In this document: in pieces, positions 9,037 through 16,197 of the stretch | Layout: every line of letters starts with the position of its first letter | Position numbering within the stretch: position 1 is the stretch's first letter | Assembly (NCBI GenBank): GCA_021107855.1 | Contig: JAIORZ010000002.1 | Coordinates: 64,148 to 128,147 of the forward strand | DNA from: an archaeon | GTDB lineage: Archaea > Nanobdellota > Nanobdellia > Pacearchaeales > GW2011-AR1 | Direction of reading: 5' to 3' | Length of the DNA stretch: 64,000 nucleotides | Notes under the pieces: model-generated | What the model saw: only the letters and a program-made list of their open reading frames with translations | Databases searched by the model: none | Told to the model about the DNA's origin: nothing | Made by a program: the position numbers and the translations under genes

Positions 9037-9755
9037 TCGTTCTCAACCCTCGGAGCCAAGACAAATCCAATCCCCATCTTCTCCCCAGGAAAATCCAATT
9101 TCAAAGGATAATCATCAGAAAAATTCACAACAACTCTCTCAGAAATCTTCACACCCTTCACAAACTTCATCAAATATTCCAACGAATACTTACTCTTTCC
9201 CTGCCCAAAAATCTCCAAATCTTTTCCTCCAAACTCAGCTCGTGCAGAATTCAAATTTCCGTTCCCCTCAACCGCAAAAACATCATCTTTCAAAACAAAC
9301 GCACAAGAATCAGCCACCACACTAGCATCCTCAACAGCCTGAGCAAAATCCCTCGACCCCATCTCAACCCGCGCCCCAAAATTCAACTCCGGAATATCCT
9401 TATCTTCCGCGCTCACCTCAATCAACGCCAAACTAAAAACCCGCTTAACCTTATCAAAAATCGTAATCCTCAACTTCCCCTCAACTTCCTCCAACGTCAC
9501 ACTCGCAGCCCCAGAAGCCCTCTTCAAAATTTTCTTCAAATCCCCCAAACTCACACCCCAAACCTCATCCCCAGCATCATACTGCGCAAAACTCTCCTTC
9601 GGCAAACGAAAAATAATCAACGCCACATTCGCTGGGTCAACCGCAACAACACTCAAACCATCCTCTAACAACTTAATCCGAACCTCCACAACAATATTAG
9701 AAATAATATCCACAGCGTCCCCAAGCAACCTCGGATCATCCAGTTTTAATATCAT
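9033..9755 (-). CDS. pcn: DNA polymerase sliding clamp PCNA
   Basis: The 240-aa product is collinear with archaeal PCNA, running from MILKLDDPRLL...AVDPANVAL through LEYLMKFVKG to PLKLDF...GFVLAPRVE. Confidence 0.9.
   Translation of the reverse strand: MILKLDDPRLLGDAVDIISNIVVEVRIKLLEDGLSVVAVDPANVALIIFRLPKESFAQYDAGDEVWGVSLGDLKKILKRASGAASVTLEEVEGKLRITIFDKVKRVFSLALIEVSAEDKDIPELNFGARVEMGSRDFAQAVEDASVVADSCAFVLKDDVFAVEGNGNLNSARAEFGGKDLEIFGQGKSKYSLEYLMKFVKGVKISERVVVNFSDDYPLKLDFPGEKMGIGFVLAPRVEND
9037..9055. repeat. 19-nt perfect direct repeat core (copy 2) inside the PCNA 3' end
   Basis: The sequence is identical to 8115..8133. Confidence 0.9.
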
Positions 9756-10117
9756 AAAGAAACTACCCCCGAAGGAAGAGCGTCATTATCAAAGCTCCTA
9801 ATCTCCCCCAAATAAAAACATTTATCCTCAACTTTAATTTCGAAAACAAGCCCATCGACTCCCCTATATTTTTGAACAGGAAATCCCCTTTTATTTAAGC
9901 GATCCATTTCTAGATAAGAAATCTCATCTTCTTTTAAAGTAGGAGCCACGAGATAGTGACCTTCCCCTAACGAAGAAGACTTAACAACACAAAGGTCAAC
10001 ACCATTTCCCAGTTTACTTTTTACCTTAATATCCAACATCTCAAGACATCCAGAAACCTCTATACGCTCCTCTTGATCCATCAAAAATCTCATACTTCCG
10101 CCATTCCCAATTTCCAT
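9752..10117 (-). CDS. Hypothetical protein (121 aa) co-transcribed upstream of PCNA
   Basis: The ORF overlaps the PCNA start by 4 nt (ATGA-type). I recognised no motif. Confidence 0.55.
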   Translation of the reverse strand: MEIGNGGSMRFLMDQEERIEVSGCLEMLDIKVKSKLGNGVDLCVVKSSSLGEGHYLVAPTLKEDEISYLEMDRLNKRGFPVQKYRGVDGLVFEIKVEDKCFYLGEIRSFDNDALPSGVVSL

Positions 10118-10172
10118 AGAGGAGAAAACCCAGCTTCTTATTTAAAGATTATTGCACCAGAGTAACACATCA

Positions 10173-10180
10173 TTTATTAA
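10173..10180 (+). promoter_or_regulatory. TATA-like box for primase gene
   Basis: tttattaa ends 22 nt upstream of ATG 10202. Other + strand genes in the window show the same spacing, which suggests leaderless mRNAs. Confidence 0.4.
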
Positions 10181-10201
10181 CAAAAACACCCTATATCAAC
10201 C

Positions 10202-11785
10202 ATGGTAGAAACTCCATCAAAAGTCCAAAACATCGCCCAGTCCCACTACTCTCGCCCAGACATCCAAAAAGCCATGTTCGACTTCTGCAAACACAGAGAA
10301 ACCGTCGCCAATTTCAACAACAAATTCTTCGCAAAACGCCCAGACACATTCGACTACCCATCAGACATCCTCAACCAAGCCAAACAAGGCGCAACATCAT
10401 TCCACTGCTCCGAAGAAATCTGGACAAACCCACTCGACATCAACACGGACATGACACCCCAACAATACAACGAAATCAGAACGGGCTGGGACCTAATCAT
10501 AGACATCGACTCTCCCTACCTCGACTACGGAAAAATCGCAGCCCACCTCCTAATTAAAGAACTCGAAAATCACGGCATCCAAAACATCGGAATAAAATTT
10601 TCAGGCTCAAAAGGCTTCCACATAATAGTCCCATTCAAAGCATTTCCAGAATCCGTCGACGGTGTTAAAACAAAAGACCAATTCCCAGACTGGCCACGAG
10701 CAATCGCCCAATACCTATTCAACAAAATCAGAAACCCAATGAACGAAGAAATCCTCAAACTCTCAAGCAAAGAAAAACTAAAAGAACAAGGCGAACTAGT
10801 ATCAGAGCACACTTGCCCAAAATGTAGTCAACCAACAATAAAAAAGAAATTCTGGAAATATAGGTGCCCAGACATAAAATGCAAAACAGAAATTGAAAGC
10901 CCAATAAAAAAGAAGGTCGTAATGTCTTGCCCATCCTGTAACGCAAAAATGAAATTAGAAGGCAAAAGAGAAGTAGACTTCTGCAAAGTCTGTAAAATCA
11001 ACACCGCCAAACTAGAAGCCACAAGTTCATATGGAGGAGTCCAACAACAAAATCTCCAAGAGCAATTCAAAGAAGAAATCACAATCAAATCAACAGAAGA
11101 CTCCGTCGACATAGTCCTAGTTTCATCCCGCCACCTCTTCCGCGCCCCATACTCCCTCCACGAAAAAACCGCCTATGCCTCAATCCCAATCGACAAATCA
11201 CAAATCCAAACCTTCAGTCCCTCAGACGCAGAACCCATCAAAATCACAAAAATAAAATCCTTCATGCCAAACTCAATCAAAGACGAAGCCACAAAACTCC
11301 TGACAAAAGCCCTAAAAGAAGCCGAAAAAAACAAACCAAAAGAAACCCAAAAAAAATACGACGGCAAAGGAATCGACCTAAAAGGACTAACAATAACAGA
11401 AGAAATGTACCCACCAATCATAAAAAAACTCCTCCTAGGCATCCCAAACGACGGCAGAAAACGAGCCCTGTCCCTAATGCTGGCATTCTTCACCTCCCTA
11501 GAATTTCCCCAAGACTACATCGAAGAGAAAATAGAAATATGGAATAATAAAAATTACGCCCCACTAAAACAAGGCTACATCAAATCCCAAATCGCATGGT
11601 CACTAAAAAACAAAAGATTACCCCCAAACTACGACAAACCAATCTACAAAGAATTTGGAATAACCGCACCACCAATCCCTGGCATGAAAAACCCAATTAA
11701 TTATACCATAAAAAGAGCATTCGCAGCAAAACCCAAAACTTCAGAAAAGTTCTACATAAAAGCAAAAAACAAGGGAGAAATATAA
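10202..11785 (+). CDS. priS: DNA primase, fused PriS catalytic domain plus PriL-CTD-like helix bundle
   Basis: AEP primase motifs are present: WDLIIDIDSP (DxD), KFSGSKGFHIIVPF and SRHLFRAPYSLHEKT. An inserted Cys4 x2 zinc-ribbon region reads CPKC..CPDIKC..CPSC..CKVC. The C-terminal part (YPPIIKKLLLGIPNDGRKRALSLMLAFF...LPPNYDKPIY) resembles a PriL/PriX-type bundle but lacks the usual Fe-S cysteines. Confidence 0.85.
   Translation: MVETPSKVQNIAQSHYSRPDIQKAMFDFCKHRETVANFNNKFFAKRPDTFDYPSDILNQAKQGATSFHCSEEIWTNPLDINTDMTPQQYNEIRTGWDLIIDIDSPYLDYGKIAAHLLIKELENHGIQNIGIKFSGSKGFHIIVPFKAFPESVDGVKTKDQFPDWPRAIAQYLFNKIRNPMNEEILKLSSKEKLKEQGELVSEHTCPKCSQPTIKKKFWKYRCPDIKCKTEIESPIKKKVVMSCPSCNAKMKLEGKREVDFCKVCKINTAKLEATSSYGGVQQQNLQEQFKEEITIKSTEDSVDIVLVSSRHLFRAPYSLHEKTAYASIPIDKSQIQTFSPSDAEPIKITKIKSFMPNSIKDEATKLLTKALKEAEKNKPKETQKKYDGKGIDLKGLTITEEMYPPIIKKLLLGIPNDGRKRALSLMLAFFTSLEFPQDYIEEKIEIWNNKNYAPLKQGYIKSQIAWSLKNKRLPPNYDKPIYKEFGITAPPIPGMKNPINYTIKRAFAAKPKTSEKFYIKAKNKGEI
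11641..11785 (+). repeat. 145-nt imperfect direct repeat, copy 1 (functional 3' end of primase)
   Basis: The copy aligns without gaps to 11959..12103 and begins with an identical 15-nt run, aatctacaaagaatt. Confidence 0.85.
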
Positions 11786-11797
11786 CTCCCCAAGTCC

Positions 11798-11858
11798 GCA
11801 AAATAAAATTTTAGGCGCAGGTGTCCATTGGACGGCGCCGTAAAAAATTTTATTTTGC
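11798..11858. repeat. Long hairpin / inverted repeat
   Basis: gcaaaataaaatttt (11798..11812) pairs with aaaattttattttgc (11844..11858). The stem extends inward through ggcgc/gcgcc and gtcc/ggac. Confidence 0.8.
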
Positions 11859-11866
11859 ATTAAACA

Positions 11867-11914
11867 CTATATCAAAAAATCATTTTTCTATGGAAAATTA
11901 ATTTTTTGATATAG
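11867..11914. repeat. Perfect 14-bp inverted repeat with 20-nt loop
   Basis: ctatatcaaaaaat (11867..11880) pairs with attttttgatatag (11901..11914). Confidence 0.85.
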
Positions 11915-11937
11915 CTAATTAAGAGGGTACACATCTG

Positions 11938-11953
11938 AGGGAGATATCTCCCT
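11938..11953. repeat. Perfect 16-bp palindrome agggagatatctccct
   Basis: Read directly from the sequence. The palindrome is centred on an EcoRV-like gatatc. Confidence 0.85.
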
Positions 11954-11958
11954 GGGAT

Positions 11959-12103
11959 AATCTACAAAGAATTCGGCATTACATCACCCCCAGCTCCAGG
12001 CATCAAAAACCCAATCAACTACACTATAAAAAAAGCCTTCGCCGCAAAATCAAAGACATCACAAGATTTCTACGTAAAACAAAAAAACAAACACGAAATA
12101 TAA
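11959..12103 (+). pseudogene. Orphan copy of the primase 3' end (48 codons, IYKEFGITSPPAPGIKNPINYTIKKAFAAKSKTSQDFYVKQKNKHEI*)
   Basis: The fragment is in-frame with no internal stop but is cut off upstream by TGA at 11936..11938. About three quarters of the nucleotides match 11641..11785. Its TAA (12101..12103) abuts the stop of convergent gene 12104..13084. Confidence 0.75.
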
Positions 12104-13084
12104 CTACTTCCCTTTCTTCTTAACCTTCTTCCTGGCAGGCTTCTTCCTCATTAAAGCTTTCTTCCTTGCTAAGGCCTTCTTCTTTTTAGCAGCCGCTTCC
12201 TTAGCAGCCATCTCTTTTCTAGCAATAAAAAATATAAACAAAATCAATCCAAGTAAAACTAAAGCAAACAGCCAACTTCCAGCACCACCACCAATAACTG
12301 CACCAGTTATCATAGACAAAAATCGATTAGCCTCAACATTTTCAGGTTCAACATCCGAACTCGAAACAATGGTGTCATCATCAGAACTAACATTTACACT
12401 CTCAGCCACATAAGTCCCATTAGAAACTAAAGAATACGCTCCTCCACTAGAACTGCCACCACTCGATCCCCCTCCACTACTACCTCCACCACTGCCACTA
12501 CTACCACCAGAGCTACAAGCACCACAATCAGCAGCACAACTTGAACAATCCTCTCCACTATTACAAGCACCATCTCCACAAAAAGGAGCAGTACAATTAG
12601 AATAATCAAAAGTACAAAAACCCGTACAAGACAATGTCCCAGTAGCACCTAAAATCCCCAAAACATTTTCACAAGTTCCAACTCCGAGCATAGACCCATC
12701 ACACTGTTCACCGGGCTCCTGAATACTATTCCCACAAACAGCATACAAAGGTTCCTCATCAATTATCAAATCCAATTCACTAAAATCACCCGCCTCATAG
12801 ATAGCAGTCGGATGCGCCTCAATACCTCCAATATAAAAAGTAATCTCTCCCGTTCTCCCCTGAGGATCAATCATCACACTATAAGAATTCCCGGAATCAA
12901 CATTACCAACAACACCCAACCCATAACCATCTATCGAGGCACTAATTTCTGAGTCAGTTAAATCCCACAAAGGGTCTTCAGAATAAGTCGCATTCCCCGA
13001 AAAAGCATTAGGTATACTCGGGATAGCAAAAACAAAACCTAACAACAACAATCCCACCACAACAAACAGCACTTCCTTTCTCAT
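12104..13084 (-). CDS. Anchored surface protein with Cys-rich repeats, Gly/Ser linker, C-terminal TGAV-type anchor and Lys-rich tail
   Basis: A signal peptide is followed by CGNSIQEPGEQCDG and CGDGACNSGEDCSSCAADCGAC motifs and a (GGS)n linker. The C-terminus reads FLSMITGAVIGGGAGSWLFALVLLGLILFIFFIARK plus a poly-Lys tail. Confidence 0.75.
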   Translation of the reverse strand: MRKEVLFVVVGLLLLGFVFAIPSIPNAFSGNATYSEDPLWDLTDSEISASIDGYGLGVVGNVDSGNSYSVMIDPQGRTGEITFYIGGIEAHPTAIYEAGDFSELDLIIDEEPLYAVCGNSIQEPGEQCDGSMLGVGTCENVLGILGATGTLSCTGFCTFDYSNCTAPFCGDGACNSGEDCSSCAADCGACSSGGSSGSGGGSSGGGSSGGSSSGGAYSLVSNGTYVAESVNVSSDDDTIVSSSDVEPENVEANRFLSMITGAVIGGGAGSWLFALVLLGLILFIFFIARKEMAAKEAAAKKKKALARKKALMRKKPARKKVKKKGK

Positions 13085-13182
13085 TTCAATAAGTAGGACA
13101 TTTCATTTATAACCTTTCTTATAATATAATATACTATTTCATAAAGACATAGAAAAAACAGCAAAAGTTACCACCAAAGATT

Positions 13183-13213
13183 AAAAAAATAAAAAAATAA
13201 AAAAATAAAAATT
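13183..13213 (-). terminator. Oligo-T terminator-like tract downstream of 13221..15263
   Basis: On the - strand the tract reads TTTTTATTTTTTTATTTTTTTATTTTTTT, about 10 nt after the stop. An 18-nt run, TTTATTTTTTTATTTTTT, is shared with 51541..51566. Confidence 0.4.
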
Positions 13214-13220
13214 TGTTGAT

Positions 13221-15263
13221 TTATTTAGGACAGCCGTTACAAAAAGACAAGTCTTCTCTATAATATTCGTCCAATGGAGCGTATCCGTAATCGTCATGAT
13301 CTCCGAATCTTTCATCTTCAATCCATAGCCAATAGCCTTCATTATTGAAAAGTCTATTTACGTCAACCATATGTGCATCATCGTCAATGTCAAAGACATG
13401 TAGTTCATTGTCTCTACCCATCGTCAAACTCTCTAGCGCAGTCCGCTTAGATATTGCTCCAGCGTCCCAACAAGTTTCTCCTTCAAAAGGACCATCGTGT
13501 CCAAGGATACCATACCTTCCAATTAAGGACCAGCTATTGCCAGGAACCTCAATTTCTGGTGGCATACCAGGAACCCCATTTTGTCCAATCTGAGTACCGA
13601 AACCCTTAATCTGAGCGGCTTCATCCATATCCAACCAGTAACCTCTACCAGGAACTATTTGCTCCAACTTAGTATCTGTACCAGAGCAAAAAGCCGTAGA
13701 CCAGGAACCATCATCAGTTTTCCTACACTTCCAGGAACTCACATCCCCATTAGCGTCATACTCATAAGACCAGATAGAAGCAAGCTCATCCTTAATCTGA
13801 ACAATTCCGACACCCTCGTCATTAATACTAGAATCTTCAGGGACATAAGGTATAGAAACTAAATTCCAACCTTCATCTAAGTCAATTATCCAACTATAAA
13901 CCATTATGTTGAATGAAAAGTACTTAGTCTCCCATCCATTTGAAACTCTAATAACCACGAAATGGTTTCCTTGTTCATCATTAGTCGGATTCTCGCTTAA
14001 TCCCCATGGAGGCGGACTATCATTATCCCATCTAACTCGGCATTCTCCGTCATCAAAAGATCGAGACCTTAAATTATCAGGACCAATATAGACCCCGCAA
14101 CTTTTAAAGCTCATACCTGTCAATCCAGTTTCAAAAGATCTCCAGTGGTCACCAGCATCCTCGCCGAAATCAACCATCAAAGGATAGTACGCAGCAACTT
14201 CTTGAGGACCACCATCCAATGGAATTGGCTCAATCACTTCAATCATGTGCATACAGTCTTCACTCACTCCGCCGTCTTTATCTTCAACAGACAAAACAAC
14301 TTCGTAATAACCAGGACTAGTATATGTGTGCGTAACACTTGGATTACCACTATCAGAACTAGAGTCACCGAAATCCCAATTGAAAATCAATGGAACTAAT
14401 TCGTCGACTTTATCAGAAGCATCGCTAGCATATCCAGTGAATGTTGCATCCGCTTCACCACCAATCAATGGAACCTCAGAAGGCCCATCAATTCCTTCGC
14501 AAACTGGTGCAACGTTAATTTCCTCAATCTCCGCACTATCAGAACCTTCATTACCAACATTATCAGTAACGATTAGCTCAACATCTAAATTTGCAGGTCC
14601 GTCAAGACATTCGTATTCCAGCGTCTCTCCCTCGCCAACGAAAACTCCGTCGACATACCAATCCCAACTATCAATTTCACTTGGAAACTGACCAGGGTCG
14701 TAAGAATCACCACCATCAAGAGTGATAGAATCACCCTCAAAACAGGTATAAAGTCCTAGAACACAATTAGCTTGACAACAAGGATCATCACACTCATCAT
14801 CACAATCTGGTGTCCACCAATATCCATCACAATAACAAGTCTCTCCATTTGCGTCAACAATTGGATCCCTATTATCAATGTAAACTGGACCTTCCATATC
14901 ATCATCACAGCACTCTCCTTCCACTATGACACAAACCTCAGCCTCGCTGAAGCCCGATATGTCCCATTGATATTCAGTGTCTACATGAACCTCGTTTAAC
15001 CAAGCTTCCAATTCACAATCTCCGTCATCCCAGAAACCGTAATAGACATCCCAATCATTTCCACAATCGTCTCCGGTAGCAGTCCAATCAATCAACATGT
15101 CTCCCTGAGCAGTGCTATAATAATCACCCTCCGAAGGGTTCACTATATTTACATTACAATCTCCGCAAATCTCCGCAACTTCAATCTCCTCAGCAACGAC
15201 AATCCCACTAGTAGTCAGCATAATTCCTAACATGAATATTACACTTAACATTATTTTTCTCAT
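13221..15263 (-). CDS. Secreted PKD-domain surface protein (680 aa)
   Basis: The signal peptide is MRKIMLSVIFMLGIMLTTSGIVVA. A classic PKD motif reads FNWDFGDSSSDSGNPSVTHTYTSPGYYEVVLSVEDKDGG, and a second PKD-like unit lies upstream. The mature N-terminus is acidic and Cys-rich. Confidence 0.8.
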   Translation of the reverse strand: MRKIMLSVIFMLGIMLTTSGIVVAEEIEVAEICGDCNVNIVNPSEGDYYSTAQGDMLIDWTATGDDCGNDWDVYYGFWDDGDCELEAWLNEVHVDTEYQWDISGFSEAEVCVIVEGECCDDDMEGPVYIDNRDPIVDANGETCYCDGYWWTPDCDDECDDPCCQANCVLGLYTCFEGDSITLDGGDSYDPGQFPSEIDSWDWYVDGVFVGEGETLEYECLDGPANLDVELIVTDNVGNEGSDSAEIEEINVAPVCEGIDGPSEVPLIGGEADATFTGYASDASDKVDELVPLIFNWDFGDSSSDSGNPSVTHTYTSPGYYEVVLSVEDKDGGVSEDCMHMIEVIEPIPLDGGPQEVAAYYPLMVDFGEDAGDHWRSFETGLTGMSFKSCGVYIGPDNLRSRSFDDGECRVRWDNDSPPPWGLSENPTNDEQGNHFVVIRVSNGWETKYFSFNIMVYSWIIDLDEGWNLVSIPYVPEDSSINDEGVGIVQIKDELASIWSYEYDANGDVSSWKCRKTDDGSWSTAFCSGTDTKLEQIVPGRGYWLDMDEAAQIKGFGTQIGQNGVPGMPPEIEVPGNSWSLIGRYGILGHDGPFEGETCWDAGAISKRTALESLTMGRDNELHVFDIDDDAHMVDVNRLFNNEGYWLWIEDERFGDHDDYGYAPLDEYYREDLSFCNGCPK

Positions 15264-15330
15264 TATTTATTCAAACCCCCTTTCAAATATTTTAGTATAA
15301 GAATGTTTGAGTGAACCTTTTCCAAAGGTA

Positions 15331-15385
15331 CTCTCAAATTTTTCAGTATGACAAAATTTGCGTAAGGATTCCCCAATCCACCTCT
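15331..15385 (-). promoter_or_regulatory. Conserved ~57-nt 5' leader motif, copy A (with GGATT-N4-AATCC hairpin at 15366..15379)
   Basis: The - strand sequence GAGGTGGATTGGGGAATCCTTACGCAAATTTTGTCATACTGAAAAATTTGAGAG matches 52520..52575 at ~50/57 nt. It lies in a long leader upstream of 13221..15263. GGGGGT sits 11 nt before the ATG. Confidence 0.55.
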
Positions 15386-15506
15386 TAATTTTTTTGAGAA
15401 ATATTCATTATAATAAAAACAATCACCTTCCATAAAAATCATTAGACAGCGACGATTATAAACTTTTCCCGTCGGTTTTCACTACTGAATTACAATACTA
15501 AAAATA

Positions 15507-16196
15507 TCAAACTTTTTTCTTTCTAATCTTAATCGCAACAAATCCTAAAATCACCAAAATAAAAAATGCACCACTCGCCATTCCTGCCGTCGTTCCAGCA
15601 GCGCCGACAACAGCACCCGTCACCATAGAGAAAAATCCCTCCTCGACAATTTCTTCTTCCTCACTACCAGTTGACTCAATAAAATTATCACTTTCATCAG
15701 AACTAGAATTTAAAACATCATCATCGTCGGAAGATGCAGCACTACTAGACCCACCAGAACTTCCGCCACCACTGGAACCTCCACCACTAGAGCCACCATT
15801 GCCAGGGTCAGCAGGAGGATTATTATCGCTCAAAGGAAAAACAACTTCCTTAATAGCCCTCTCTCCCTTATTCCCAGCCCTATCAACAGCACTCACCTCA
15901 AAAACATAAAGCCCATCACCCAAAGCATCCCCAGAATAACTCAACCCCGACGAAGTCCCAATCAAAACCCCATCCAAATAAATATTATAATACTCAATAC
16001 CAAAAGTGCAATCTGGTGTAGATTCGGGAGAATCAGGAGCCGCGCCCCAATTCAAAACGACGTTCCCAGAAGCAGAAAGGCTACCAGGCGCTTCAGGAGC
16101 TTGTTTATCAATACAAATATTCCAATCAAGAGCAAAAACACTACCCATTAAAGAAACAATAACTATCAAAACTAGAAAAGAACCAAAAAATTTCAT
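15507..16196 (-). CDS. FN3-like anchored surface protein with TGAV-type C-terminal anchor (229 aa)
   Basis: The track ORF is trimmed to ATG 16196..16194 (MKFFGSFLVLIVIVSLMGSVFA), 1 nt after the stop of the giant gene. An FN3-like pattern is present (PEAPGSLSASGNVVLNWGAAPDS...YNIYLDGVLIG...VSAVDRAGNKG). The C-terminus reads FFSMVTGAVVGAAG...FFILVILGFVAIKIRKKKV. Confidence 0.75.
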   Translation of the reverse strand: MKFFGSFLVLIVIVSLMGSVFALDWNICIDKQAPEAPGSLSASGNVVLNWGAAPDSPESTPDCTFGIEYYNIYLDGVLIGTSSGLSYSGDALGDGLYVFEVSAVDRAGNKGERAIKEVVFPLSDNNPPADPGNGGSSGGGSSGGGSSGGSSSAASSDDDDVLNSSSDESDNFIESTGSEEEEIVEEGFFSMVTGAVVGAAGTTAGMASGAFFILVILGFVAIKIRKKKV

Positions 16197-16197
16197 C

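Larger units (their letters stand above)
11656..11973 (+). mobile_element. Candidate miniature integrative insert carrying a surrogate primase 3' end and three palindromes
   Basis: The insert is bounded by the identical 15-nt runs at 11641..11655 and 11959..11973. It holds 130 nt of coding sequence plus a 173-nt non-coding spacer (11786..11958) that is locally G-rich, unlike its flanks. Confidence 0.35.

Noticed and set aside
10118-10201. The divergent PCNA-operon / primase intergenic region, considered as a replication origin.
   Set aside because: It is only 84 nt. It contains two TATA-like boxes but no repeated ORB-like elements, and no orc1/cdc6 gene is adjacent. The strand skew does not change sign here.
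13183-13213. A periodic aaaaaaat octamer run, considered as a possible CRISPR or tandem-repeat array.
   Set aside because: It is only ~4 units of a low-complexity A/T tract with no spacers. It lies immediately downstream of a - strand stop and is best explained as an oligo-T terminator.
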